64,000 nt of DNA from a phage (GCA_011939005.1 GCA_011939005.1_4858.1); one strand, 5' to 3'. Positions 19,341 through 28,962 are shown, numbered from the stretch's first letter. Numbers and translations: made by a program. Notes: a model not told the origin generated them from the sequence alone.

Positions 19341-20005
19341 TCCGGGCGTCCTAAGTTGTTACCGATGTGCATTGCTTTAAAGTACGAAGACCATGTACGC
19401 GGCGCTTTTGAACTGGTACGCTCAGCCCCTTCCAGGTTGATGCGACCTTTACCGGTTTGCCGTAGCGATTGATAGAACGCACGTTGTAACGTATCGTTAC
19501 CACCACGCGCCCACAGGAACTCCTGGAGCGTTGAGTCGTGTCCATCCGAGTACATGATGTACGCTTCTGGAAACGAAACACCCGAAGCTTTGGAAGGCCC
19601 TACTACCTGACCTGAGAGTTTATCGCGGACTTTATCGTTCTTCGCCACCGCCATTTTCTTCTCATGCATCTGCGTCTGGCGACGTGCAGGCAGGCGGAAG
19701 ACTAAATGGGGGTAACGGGTACGCTGTAGGATACCGGTTTTCGGTTCCGTGAGCCACAGGCGCTGACACAAGCTCAGTCCCATCGCTTCGCAAATTTTAA
19801 TATTGCGCATATGGTCAATTTTGACCTTGCCACCAGTTGGGTTGTAAACAGGCAACCCTTCGCGCAGACGATTGAACTCTTCGTCAGACATTCGCGAGAA
19901 AGCGCGCTTGGCAGCTTCCGCGTTAATCCCGGTCGGGTCAACTAAGTTCAGTAACTGTAAAGCATAAGCTTCTGCTTTTTTTCGCCGTGCCGGGTCTAAT
20001 CTCAT
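19337..20005 (-). CDS. hypothetical protein
   Basis: 222-aa ORF, ATG start, coupled on both sides. Confidence 0.55.
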   Translation of the reverse strand: MRLDPARRKKAEAYALQLLNLVDPTGINAEAAKRAFSRMSDEEFNRLREGLPVYNPTGGKVKIDHMRNIKICEAMGLSLCQRLWLTEPKTGILQRTRYPHLVFRLPARRQTQMHEKKMAVAKNDKVRDKLSGQVVGPSKASGVSFPEAYIMYSDGHDSTLQEFLWARGGNDTLQRAFYQSLRQTGKGRINLEGAERTSSKAPRTWSSYFKAMHIGNNLGRPE

Positions 20006-20277
20006 TTTTTCATCCTCTCGCGGAGCACTGGAAGAACCACACGTTCCAGGTCTTCAATCCAGTACGGGATATCTTCATTGTGTTCAGGCACACCGACCGC
20101 ATCAACCTTCGGTTTATCATTAATCAGGTTGCCGTAATGGGCATTTACCTGATGACTAAATTCAGACAGTGCATGTCGCGGTGCTGAGAACTCGTTATGG
20201 AACGCGGTGCTAAGTTCCTGGCTAATACCAGCGAGACCCAGACACAGACGCTCTACAATATCTTTCTGATAACGCAT
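20002..20277 (-). CDS. hypothetical protein
   Basis: 91-aa ORF, ATG start. Confidence 0.45.
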   Translation of the reverse strand: MRYQKDIVERLCLGLAGISQELSTAFHNEFSAPRHALSEFSHQVNAHYGNLINDKPKVDAVGVPEHNEDIPYWIEDLERVVLPVLRERMKK

Positions 20278-20322
20278 CGCTAATCCTCAGGGGGGAAAAC
20301 AGGCGGGTTGCCCCGCCCATGC

Positions 20323-21816
20323 TTATTTCTTCTTAGTCAAGAACTTAGGTTCCAGACCATCCACGGCCATCGCCAGTAATGACATTGCTGTTAAGCAACG
20401 CTTACCACCTTTGACTTCCTGATCCTTGAACATCCAGTATTCCACTGTATTGTCCAGAATTTCATTCCAGTCCCACTTTTCGTCGATAACTTTATAAAGC
20501 TCCGCCGGTGAGAGATGGTACTTCATTTCCAGTCGGTGGTAGTTATTCTGCATGTACGCTAATGCGGCGGTGATTTCCAACGCACGGCGCAAACGCGGGT
20601 TGCTGTCACACATGTCGCGAATCGTGGTACGCATGAAAGATGTACCAGGTAGCAAATCGAGGGTATAGTTAGCACCACTACGTTTGTAGCCCCATTCATC
20701 TTTCAGTGTGTCGCTCAGGTAATGCCACAGAGAGAGGTGATAAAGCAGACCCATCTCCTGCGAGAAGACCATTTTGAACTTAACGCCTGTGTGACCACCC
20801 TTCGCACGGTACTGCGTGAAAACAATTTCTTTCAGGTCGTTCACCGAAGCATTCATTGCTTTCGAACGCGCAGTCGGGTATTTCTCTTCGTTTACACCGG
20901 TCTTCGCGTTGTAAGTCTGATCCTGCTTCAACTCACCAGACTTGGTTGCAACCAGCAGGGAGTTAGTTAAGAACGACAACTGACGGCGCGGGATACCCGC
21001 AAACTTCAGATCATCGCCTGCATCGTCCAACAGTTTACCGTTCGCCTTCGGTCCACCACGGCCACCTGCCGCCATTGCTTTACCCGCATCGTCGGCCAAC
21101 TGAGCAACGAAGCCCATATAGAAACCACCACGCGCAAACGCAGACGGCCAACGGCTCATCATATTCGATTTCTGCAGGGCATCGTGGGCGTTCAGGATGT
21201 TCTGTTCAGAATCACCGACTTCCGATTTGGCATGTTTCTCTTCCAGAGAAGAGGTGTGCCATTCGGACAGGGAGTCAATCGAGTACAACCACGGGTCGAG
21301 AATCTTTTTCGCAGAGCGACGGATTGGGTCAGGGAATGGTGTTTCGCGTGCCTTACCAGCCATATACTCTTTGAAACGTTTTTCGACTTCGTCACGGATA
21401 TAAGCAGAGTAATACTCCTCACCCGCCATGATATCCGAGCCAACCATGTTGTAACGACCTTCGTGGATCAGGTCCAGCACGCCGCCCGTTGGTGATACTT
21501 CTAATCCGTTTGCTTTCGCTGCGGAAATGTACCCCGTTTCCAGACGACTTAATGCTGCCGTAACTTCGGTATCGTATTTCGATCCCCAGGCTGCATTATA
21601 ACGTTGCAGAATCATGAAAATGCAGAAGTCTAATAAGGTAGACTTAAAGGTGTTCCCACGACCTGCGAAGCCCATGATGTGGGCAAAACCACCGTTGAGG
21701 TAGTACAAACCATCTTCCCCGCGCTCGTAGTTACCGAGAGCGTGGTCCATGATGGTATATACGTTAAAACGAGGGCGAATTACTTCACCCATGACTTGTT
21801 TAGCTGGACCTGCCAT
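20323..21816 (-). CDS. putative RecA/UvsX-like recombinase-type ATPase
   Basis: 497 aa; motif GGFAHIMGFAGRGNTFKST resembles the UvsX P-loop region (...AGPSKSFKS as I recall it) and a downstream IDSL resembles the RecA/UvsX Walker B (IDSLGNL). Motif-level only. Confidence 0.5.
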   Translation of the reverse strand: MAGPAKQVMGEVIRPRFNVYTIMDHALGNYERGEDGLYYLNGGFAHIMGFAGRGNTFKSTLLDFCIFMILQRYNAAWGSKYDTEVTAALSRLETGYISAAKANGLEVSPTGGVLDLIHEGRYNMVGSDIMAGEEYYSAYIRDEVEKRFKEYMAGKARETPFPDPIRRSAKKILDPWLYSIDSLSEWHTSSLEEKHAKSEVGDSEQNILNAHDALQKSNMMSRWPSAFARGGFYMGFVAQLADDAGKAMAAGGRGGPKANGKLLDDAGDDLKFAGIPRRQLSFLTNSLLVATKSGELKQDQTYNAKTGVNEEKYPTARSKAMNASVNDLKEIVFTQYRAKGGHTGVKFKMVFSQEMGLLYHLSLWHYLSDTLKDEWGYKRSGANYTLDLLPGTSFMRTTIRDMCDSNPRLRRALEITAALAYMQNNYHRLEMKYHLSPAELYKVIDEKWDWNEILDNTVEYWMFKDQEVKGGKRCLTAMSLLAMAVDGLEPKFLTKKK

Positions 21817-21831
21817 TTAGCGCTCCGTCAA

Positions 21832-22131
21832 TTAGCGTTTTTTCAGTGGGAGTAACAGACGACGTTTATGCCAAACTTCGAAATGCATTTCTGCCCACTC
21901 GGTGACTTGACTGTCATCTTTAGGGTTGATATTAGAAATGCCCTTGAAGCGGTTACGGTTACGTTCGTCGATTTCGATTTCCAGAACGCGCTGACCATCA
22001 GCACGAGTGGTCACGTTCAGGATTTTACCAACCACGATCGGACTACCATCGGTATTCTTCTTCGTCGGGGTGGTGTAAATCTCAGGTTCGATACGAGAGG
22101 TTAAAGCGCGAGTCAGTAATTTGATTCTCAT
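21832..22131 (-). CDS. hypothetical protein
   Basis: 99-aa ORF, ATG start, immediately upstream of the recombinase-like gene. Confidence 0.45.
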   Translation of the reverse strand: MRIKLLTRALTSRIEPEIYTTPTKKNTDGSPIVVGKILNVTTRADGQRVLEIEIDERNRNRFKGISNINPKDDSQVTEWAEMHFEVWHKRRLLLPLKKR

Positions 22132-22229
22132 CAGGTGTTACCTTTTTGCAGTTCTCGTACATAAGGTTTGGGTGATACGTAAAAGACTTACTATGTAGCC
22201 CAATCCCTTATATATTCGAGGTTGATAGA
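22132..22229. promoter_or_regulatory. divergent promoter region
   Basis: 98-bp AT-rich gap between divergently transcribed genes. Confidence 0.35.
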
Positions 22230-22985
22230 ATGAATGTTAATCCACTTGCAGCGTTGTCGGGCTTTGTTGCCAAAGCATCCACGATTCTGCCTAAAGCCTT
22301 TAGCGGCTCTCAACAGGAACTCGCGCTGACCACCTATGACGACATGTCTGATGTGTCCAAGTGGATGCAGCAAGAGAAGTTTTTAAACTTTACCGGAATG
22401 CTTGTACCCGTACCTCCGGGCTTCAACACGTATGTGATGGACCACATAGAACGGTTGGAATCTGTATGGGCTGTGCTCCAGAAGATTCAGGAAGGGGTTT
22501 TAACACCCATCGACAAACGTTTCGGTGCGATGACCCACGACCTGGGCATGTTAACTCTGCCGATTGGGTTTAAGTTCAAAGACCTGAACTACCCACTGAA
22601 AAACATTAACCCGAAAGACCTGGTTGAGAAACTGGCGAAGTCGTACACCAACAATGTGATCGACCAGCGTGCGATTGAAAAGACCTACCACAGTGCAGGT
22701 GAGATTGACGTTGCGTTTAATCGTGCCAAAGCGCTGAACCTGGAAGTGACTAAGAAACTTCAGAAAGGTATTGATCGTACAGTTGAAAGCATCAATGTCT
22801 CTGTAGACATTATCTCTAATTCACAAGTCCATCCTAATGTGGCGGCAGAGTTAGTGAAAATGGCTGACATGGGTGCTGACTGGGTTGAGCTGTTCGGACT
22901 GTTTATGAAACAGATTAATGAACTGACAGAATGCCTGAACGTAACCGGTGATCGCCTCAAGACCCTGAAAGCAAACAAAAAATAA
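22230..22985 (+). CDS. hypothetical protein (plus-strand island)
   Basis: 251-aa ORF, ATG start with RBS gagg; bounded downstream by a bidirectional terminator. Confidence 0.55.
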   Translation: MNVNPLAALSGFVAKASTILPKAFSGSQQELALTTYDDMSDVSKWMQQEKFLNFTGMLVPVPPGFNTYVMDHIERLESVWAVLQKIQEGVLTPIDKRFGAMTHDLGMLTLPIGFKFKDLNYPLKNINPKDLVEKLAKSYTNNVIDQRAIEKTYHSAGEIDVAFNRAKALNLEVTKKLQKGIDRTVESINVSVDIISNSQVHPNVAAELVKMADMGADWVELFGLFMKQINELTECLNVTGDRLKTLKANKK

Positions 22986-23040
22986 AAAGTAAGCAGTACC
23001 CACTCCCCTTACGGGAGTGGGTAGGCTTTATTTTATTTGC
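22985..23040. terminator. bidirectional rho-independent terminator
   Basis: Stem tacccactccc / gggagtgggta (22997-23023) flanked by A-run and ggctttattttatttgc. Confidence 0.7.
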
Positions 23041-23956
23041 ATTTAGAACCGTTGACAAATGTCGGCGGTATCCATTTCAAAATCTTTGTCCGATTCCCGT
23101 CACGTGGACCGAGCCAGTAAGTACACCAGTGTGCACGACGCATATGCGCACATCTGCTACCTTGTGTTCTTTTCTCCGTATCAGTATCAAATTCTTCAAG
23201 ATACTCGCTTTGTGCTTTTACGGTGGAGAGGACAGTCGGTTTAGATTTTGGTTCAATGTGGTAATTGGCGATACGTTTCTTTCCAGTTAATTGTCTCAGT
23301 TTGACGGGTGTAGGGTTGTGCGGGATCAGTGAGAATGTAAACATGGTAGCGCCGACAATGCGTAACGTTTTCTCATTGGCCGGCGTACCAGTTTCCGCCA
23401 CACGCAAGGATACAAAGCCGTCACCCACGTCCACGATTTCAAAGGTTTCCCCCTCGATACGTTTTCCAAAAATCATCATTGTTAAACAATCTTTCCCTTT
23501 AAACATTCGCCGACCGAAAACGTAAGTCTTTTCTTGGATACCGATATCTTTAGCGCGATAGCACACTGAAAAGGAGACGGCCCAACCGGGAATCTTGTCT
23601 ATCCAGCTGCGTGGTATCTCAGTGAGAACGTCGCCAAGTAGAACTTGTTCAAAAATATTAAGATCAAATTCCATTTGGATACCCCCGTATCGCCAGCCGT
23701 AGGCAAGAGACAGGAAGTCTGCGGTGCATTCTTCGGCGAAGCAGTTCTTTAGGAACGCCTCAATCGGTATAAAGTGCTGGCCTATCTCGCCACAATGGGC
23801 TATTGCGTATTGCTCGATGATGGCGGGATCTCCACTTCTGGATTTCACACGTTCGTCGATTTTAGTAAGACCGTTTAAGAAATTACTCGGGGATTCGCGC
23901 ATACCGATTACATCTACATTTACCGATTCTGCCAAATCAAAAAGAAAGCTGTCCAT
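23033..23956 (-). CDS. hypothetical protein
   Basis: 307-aa ORF, ATG with RBS aaggag. Confidence 0.55.
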   Translation of the reverse strand: MDSFLFDLAESVNVDVIGMRESPSNFLNGLTKIDERVKSRSGDPAIIEQYAIAHCGEIGQHFIPIEAFLKNCFAEECTADFLSLAYGWRYGGIQMEFDLNIFEQVLLGDVLTEIPRSWIDKIPGWAVSFSVCYRAKDIGIQEKTYVFGRRMFKGKDCLTMMIFGKRIEGETFEIVDVGDGFVSLRVAETGTPANEKTLRIVGATMFTFSLIPHNPTPVKLRQLTGKKRIANYHIEPKSKPTVLSTVKAQSEYLEEFDTDTEKRTQGSRCAHMRRAHWCTYWLGPRDGNRTKILKWIPPTFVNGSKCK

Positions 23957-23985
23957 TTAATACTCCTTTAGATTAATGGTCGATT

Positions 23986-24020
23986 AAAATAAAACTACGG
24001 ACACCCCGAAGAGTGTCCGT
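23986..24020 (-). terminator. rho-independent terminator
   Basis: Stem acggacac / gtgtccgt (23997-24020) with A-run 23986-23995. Confidence 0.55.
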
Positions 24021-24024
24021 TTAA

Positions 24025-24567
24025 CTAGAAATTGCCAATAGTGATGGGCTGCGTTGGCTCGACCACAATCAGTATTTCTTTCAGACGTGAAACGATATGC
24101 TCCCAGATCTGTGCTTCGAGGTGACGTAGCATAGTGGTGAACTCCTCCATATACATCTTTTTATACTCGTCGCGGTTGAGATGTTCCCACGCTTCTTTCA
24201 ATGGGCCTGCTTCCGGTCCAGACATCTTAATCATCATTTCGATGTCCTTCATTTCATCAAACGCTTTACCGACCTTATCAATAACCTCATCGGTCTTGAG
24301 TTCGAGTGAGAAGCGACCCATCTTAGACTGCAGGAAGCCGTCTTCAATGTCTTCGTCGTTGTATTCGAAACACGCAATACGTTGCGCGAGTTGATGAACT
24401 TCATTTACCGCGATATTGACGTACGCCGCAGAGATAAGTCCAGCGAGGTGTTGACGATCGATATTCTTCGGTATCAGATAGTCTTCACACTTACGCTTAA
24501 ACTCGAACAACGCCGCTGGAAATATTTCACGAAATTCGTCATCGAGTAAATCAATGAATATTTTCAT
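24025..24567 (-). CDS. hypothetical protein
   Basis: 180-aa ORF, ATG start. Confidence 0.55.
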   Translation of the reverse strand: MKIFIDLLDDEFREIFPAALFEFKRKCEDYLIPKNIDRQHLAGLISAAYVNIAVNEVHQLAQRIACFEYNDEDIEDGFLQSKMGRFSLELKTDEVIDKVGKAFDEMKDIEMMIKMSGPEAGPLKEAWEHLNRDEYKKMYMEEFTTMLRHLEAQIWEHIVSRLKEILIVVEPTQPITIGNF

Positions 24568-25103
24568 TCAACAGGTTTCCCATATTTCTCGCCGAGATAC
24601 AGCAGTTCGCGACGACAGATAGCCAGCACCTTCATCTCCGCCTCACGATACAGCTTGGTGATTTTGTCAATGATTGGCTGGTCAACGATATCGGACCATG
24701 TTACCGTATCCGTAACGTTCGACGTTTGCCCGTTAATGACCACAGCAACATATGTCTCGCCCAGGTTCTCTTGATGTAACCCCGCCAGAGATTCACCAAC
24801 CTTATCAAAGGCTTCACTCAATAAGTCGGTGATTTGGTCCGTCCCTTCTACCAGTTCAAAACGATGGGGATAGTTCAGAATGTTACGCAGCCGCGTGAAC
24901 ATACGCTCAATAAGCTGATTTACCATATCCCCAGTGTCACAGATAGTCACATCTACACCCGAACCTATTTCGTCAGACAAACGATTTTCGTGGACGGCCA
25001 ACGCATCGTGAAGTTCAAATTCCACGTCACGTTTTAATCCTAACAGAATTTCATCTAGCTGACGTCTCGACTCCGACAGAGCGAAGTCAATTACGATTTG
25101 CAT
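24564..25103 (-). CDS. hypothetical protein
   Basis: 179-aa ORF, ATG with RBS aaggag, ATGA-coupled to downstream gene. Confidence 0.55.
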   Translation of the reverse strand: MQIVIDFALSESRRQLDEILLGLKRDVEFELHDALAVHENRLSDEIGSGVDVTICDTGDMVNQLIERMFTRLRNILNYPHRFELVEGTDQITDLLSEAFDKVGESLAGLHQENLGETYVAVVINGQTSNVTDTVTWSDIVDQPIIDKITKLYREAEMKVLAICRRELLYLGEKYGKPVE

Positions 25104-25113
25104 CTAATGCTCC

Positions 25114-25521
25114 TTAAAAGTTACTTAACTCGGGCTGCGTATACCAGTATCTGCACGCTACGAGATCCACAACGTTATATTTCAGTTGTCCACCGTGCTG
25201 TGACGTGTCTGCCAATTCATGCGCAAGCTTGTACGCCAAGTCTTCACGGTTGTCGAGGATAAGCAACACAACACGCTGCACCTCATTAAAGATATCCGGT
25301 TCACGTAAACAACTGTAGCGCTCGCTAAGATGCTTAATAACGCCTTTATAAACATCTTCTGGTACAGCAGTGCCATTTTCTGCTACGTGGAATGAAACAA
25401 GCACGATTTTAATTAAAATCTCGACAACCATGGAGTATATCATTCCACGGTTGCCGTTAATTTCCACATGCTTTAGATACTCTTGCAAGTCCATCAATGA
25501 CTCGCTATACACCTTTAACAT
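25114..25521 (-). CDS. hypothetical protein
   Basis: ATG at 25521 has RBS aggtgg; track start 25587 would overlap the upstream gene by 55 nt. Confidence 0.5.
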   Translation of the reverse strand: MLKVYSESLMDLQEYLKHVEINGNRGMIYSMVVEILIKIVLVSFHVAENGTAVPEDVYKGVIKHLSERYSCLREPDIFNEVQRVVLLILDNREDLAYKLAHELADTSQHGGQLKYNVVDLVACRYWYTQPELSNF

Positions 25522-25532
25522 AGCGACCACCT

Positions 25533-25904
25533 CTAGTTGGTTGCCGGCCACACCCCTGGCGATGGGATTGCATCGTATCCACGCCATTTCTTAATGGCAA
25601 CAAGGCTAGTGCCTGGGGAGCCGTCTAAATCGAAACCGACGGTTGCAACCACATCAACTTCGGTTTCTAAGTTAGAGTGGCCGATCGGAGAGAGGTGGGA
25701 GAAGCTGACGACTTTACCGCCCTGGATGGCGGTATCTCGAACTATACGAGCCATCTGTCTTATTTCTTGAGAAACTGGGCCGCGTAGGGTGGTTACCCGC
25801 GACGATAACGTCAACCAGTTTTCGCTCTCGGGTGCGACTATGTACAGAATAGTCCCTTCTTTAAAGTATTGTTTAACCAGTGTTTCAAATTCGTCTTGCG
25901 TCAT
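25533..25904 (-). CDS. hypothetical protein
   Basis: 123-aa ORF, ATG with RBS aaggag. Confidence 0.5.
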   Translation of the reverse strand: MTQDEFETLVKQYFKEGTILYIVAPESENWLTLSSRVTTLRGPVSQEIRQMARIVRDTAIQGGKVVSFSHLSPIGHSNLETEVDVVATVGFDLDGSPGTSLVAIKKWRGYDAIPSPGVWPATN

Positions 25905-25917
25905 GTTAAATACTCCT

Positions 25918-26652
25918 TCAGTAGTTTAGTTTCTCAGCGACTTCTTTACGGATGCGACACATCACCACCATCGCACCATTCGGAATTTGGCTCACGCAGT
26001 TATCCGTGTAAAACTTACCTTCACAGAGATAAAAGTCCAGACACATGGCATCGGTCAGTTCGTGCCACAGTGTGCCGAAACCATACTGCCAAGGGCCGGA
26101 ATGAACGACATCGTAATCGCCATCAGTTATGCCAAATGCGGCAGTAGCGGAAGACCACAGTGTTGAGGAGGTGGTATAAGTGTCATACCAGTAACCGAGC
26201 AGTCGATGGTTACGACGTATCTCAGCTAACCGCTCGTACATTGGGATGAATACGTCCTCCACTTGCGTGACAAAATCAGCCAGCATCAACTTTTCCGTGA
26301 ACCACTCGATCCACGCAAAGATTTGTTCTTCAACGTCTTGTTGGCTTAACCCCGTGGCAGTAATGCCTTCTTCGTAGGTGTAACCTTCGTAGACGTCAAC
26401 AACATTAATCTCTACATGCTCTAGCGTGAACAACCGTTCGGTGTTGATGCAGTCGTACATCTCTTGTAACCACGCAGTGAAGACTTCTATACAGACGTTG
26501 ATGGCTGTATACTTGAATTCATCGCGCAGAGGATACCACTGTGGGTTATCCTTTAGTTCGTTCTTCGCGAACGCGGGCCAATGCTTTTCGAACAACGCTT
26601 CAAAGAACTGGGGCGTGAGGTTTAAAAGCACCGGCACTTCGACTTTAAGCAT
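25918..26652 (-). CDS. hypothetical protein
   Basis: 244-aa ORF, ATG with RBS aaggaga; preceded by motif TAGATAATATCTATCTCAG. Confidence 0.55.
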   Translation of the reverse strand: MLKVEVPVLLNLTPQFFEALFEKHWPAFAKNELKDNPQWYPLRDEFKYTAINVCIEVFTAWLQEMYDCINTERLFTLEHVEINVVDVYEGYTYEEGITATGLSQQDVEEQIFAWIEWFTEKLMLADFVTQVEDVFIPMYERLAEIRRNHRLLGYWYDTYTTSSTLWSSATAAFGITDGDYDVVHSGPWQYGFGTLWHELTDAMCLDFYLCEGKFYTDNCVSQIPNGAMVVMCRIRKEVAEKLNY

Positions 26653-26685
26653 CGTGAATAAATTCTCCTTAAGGTTACGTCCCTG

Positions 26686-26704
26686 TAGATAATATCTATC
26701 TCAG
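26686..26704. promoter_or_regulatory. conserved AT-rich near-palindromic motif (candidate promoter element)
   Basis: TAGATAATATCTATCTCAG; 13-bp core TAGATA-A-TATCTA is palindromic around its centre; lies between a stop codon and the next RBS. Confidence 0.4.
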
Positions 26705-26705
26705 A

Positions 26706-27446
26706 TTACTTTAAGAGATGCAAGAAGCGTGCTGCCTGTTCTGTAAAGTGAAAATACTCGATGGTATCAGGTTCGTCCGAGTGAATGTCGTCCGGGTCCA
26801 GCAGGTAGCCCGAGATATCATCCGTTAAAACCCAAGCGTCCCCTTGCAGGAAAATACCCATCGGTTTTTCTACCACGGGCATCACTAAGTCCGAATAAGA
26901 GTTACCTTCTGCTACCCTTACAATGTCTTCGCACGGGTCAACAATATACAGGTTGCAGAGACTGCGATCTTTAAGACTGCGATGAAACATCGCTCGATCG
27001 TACCAAATAACCTGAGAACAATTATCTTCGTCACCCGCCACATCGACCAACTCTGTCCAGAAACGATGTAAGAACCAGTTCAACGCACCGGTTATTAGCT
27101 CGTTCGGTTTCAGCATTCTAACGTGTTCGTCGTACAACTCTTCCATTGTCCAGATTCGACATTGCTCACGATCGATTGTCGGTAGCGGAGGTATTTGCGG
27201 CGGGACTTGTTTAGGCATCGGCTCATCACATCTTGCATTGTAACGCGCAATTGTTTCGGTAACCAGCTCTGCCACAACATCACAAGCCGCTTCAAATCCC
27301 CACTTGTACAACACGTCGTAATCTTCCATGGGCGCAGCACCGAACTCACGGTTCGTTGCCATCCACGACATCCATCCGTATTGCTCCACACAGTTAATCA
27401 GACTTTGTGTGTGGAGCGTGAGCGATTCACTCACGACTCGCAACAT
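26706..27446 (-). CDS. hypothetical protein
   Basis: ATG at 27446 has RBS gaagaagaggtg and sits just after the upstream stop; track start 27506 overlaps by 59 nt. Confidence 0.55.
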   Translation of the reverse strand: MLRVVSESLTLHTQSLINCVEQYGWMSWMATNREFGAAPMEDYDVLYKWGFEAACDVVAELVTETIARYNARCDEPMPKQVPPQIPPLPTIDREQCRIWTMEELYDEHVRMLKPNELITGALNWFLHRFWTELVDVAGDEDNCSQVIWYDRAMFHRSLKDRSLCNLYIVDPCEDIVRVAEGNSYSDLVMPVVEKPMGIFLQGDAWVLTDDISGYLLDPDDIHSDEPDTIEYFHFTEQAARFLHLLK

Positions 27447-27447
27447 G

Positions 27448-28962
27448 TTACACCTCTTCTTCTCGCAGTATGCGACGGTTTGCGTAATACGCACACCACA
27501 ACCCATGATACTCTTTACCGATATAGATTAAGAAGTAACGGATGTAGTATTTTTCAGGACGACACACCGCGATGTAATAACGGCCTTCCGGTTCTTTAAT
27601 ACGGTTGATTTCCGTACGCGATGGAATATCGATACCGCGAGTCAAAATAACCGAGACAGGTCGTTTACCCATCGGAAAGTCGATCTTTAACGTTATTGAC
27701 TTATCGACGCTACGGTAGTATTCCTTGACAGGTTTACCTTTGTCGTCGAATAGCAAGTCGGTAATGTCGTTTAAGACATAACCCTTTTCCTGATGCAGAA
27801 CATCTCTCAACGTTGTAGCGAGTTCGTCACGAATATCCAGCGCACGGTACGACAATAAGGGCGGGCGAAGCATTCTGGAGATGGCCAGGTCTTCAAAGAA
27901 CCAGACATTAGAATCCTCCCCACTGAAATGCATCTTGTCTGCCGGCAATCCGTCGCCTGCCACATCAACGAATTTCTTACGCTTAACGAACTCATTGTTA
28001 ACAACGCCAATTGGATCATACTGCCGCATCTTCGGTGTATCTTTCCATGCCAGGGCGGCGTGGTTGTTTACAATCGTGTAGATGTTATCCCACGGTTGTT
28101 TAGTGAACATTACGGAAAAGTGTGCATCGGGAATCATTTTCCCAATAAACACCAAGTCGTCCTTGTTCTTTGCATGGTTGCCACCAAACATGTAATAGAA
28201 AGTTTCATCTTTCACTTTTACAGTAGGATGGTCTTCGTTCACCAACGGATAGCAATATTTAACCGTACAAATCGGCGGATATGCCGCAAGGTTCATCCCA
28301 GCGGCGATGGGCTCGGGTTCCGCGGATGCAGGCAACTCATCCTTCGACCAGTACGGCTGATATGGAACACCGTCGTTGGTCGCGGTGATAGCTGAACCTT
28401 TTCTAGCCAATTCGTCCGCCCGGTCGTTACCGTAGTGGCCGGAGTGTCCTTTGATTTTGATAACCTTAACACCCCGTCCTTCTTTTTTCATCTGCTGTTT
28501 GATTTCCCAGATACGAACAATAAGTTCTTTGTTCGCCAGCGGAGTACCATCAGCACGAACCCAACCACGTTTATGCCAGCCGTCTATCCACTCGTTAAAA
28601 GTGTTTACAACGTAACTGGCATCCACGTAGATGATATAGTTCTTCGCACGGAATGGCGCATTCTCAAACAACGTGATGAAGGCGATTAACTCGCCCACAT
28701 CTGAGTAGAACTCTTTCGGAACGGGAATAACGGCGTCGACAAATTGAACGGTGTCCGGCAACTCCGGACACTTCACATCCTGCGGCACTTTTTTGTATCC
28801 AACAGTGGTAATCCGTTCTGAAACACCCGGATGGCTATAAGCCTGACTGTCTTCCAAATCTCCGTTGTTGAATAAATAACCATGAATACCAGCCCCCGAA
28901 CCTTTCGGGGACTCAGTATGACTACCATCGGTATAAATAACCGCTACGTCGACGTCTTTCAT
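27448..28962 (-). CDS. RNase HI-domain protein with long C-terminal extension of unknown function
   Basis: N-terminal ~190 aa: VIYTDGS, ELIAFI, YVDASYV, WHKRGW, KGHSGHYGNDRADELARKG (RNase HI signature); total 504 aa. Confidence 0.8.
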   Translation of the reverse strand: MKDVDVAVIYTDGSHTESPKGSGAGIHGYLFNNGDLEDSQAYSHPGVSERITTVGYKKVPQDVKCPELPDTVQFVDAVIPVPKEFYSDVGELIAFITLFENAPFRAKNYIIYVDASYVVNTFNEWIDGWHKRGWVRADGTPLANKELIVRIWEIKQQMKKEGRGVKVIKIKGHSGHYGNDRADELARKGSAITATNDGVPYQPYWSKDELPASAEPEPIAAGMNLAAYPPICTVKYCYPLVNEDHPTVKVKDETFYYMFGGNHAKNKDDLVFIGKMIPDAHFSVMFTKQPWDNIYTIVNNHAALAWKDTPKMRQYDPIGVVNNEFVKRKKFVDVAGDGLPADKMHFSGEDSNVWFFEDLAISRMLRPPLLSYRALDIRDELATTLRDVLHQEKGYVLNDITDLLFDDKGKPVKEYYRSVDKSITLKIDFPMGKRPVSVILTRGIDIPSRTEINRIKEPEGRYYIAVCRPEKYYIRYFLIYIGKEYHGLWCAYYANRRILREEEV

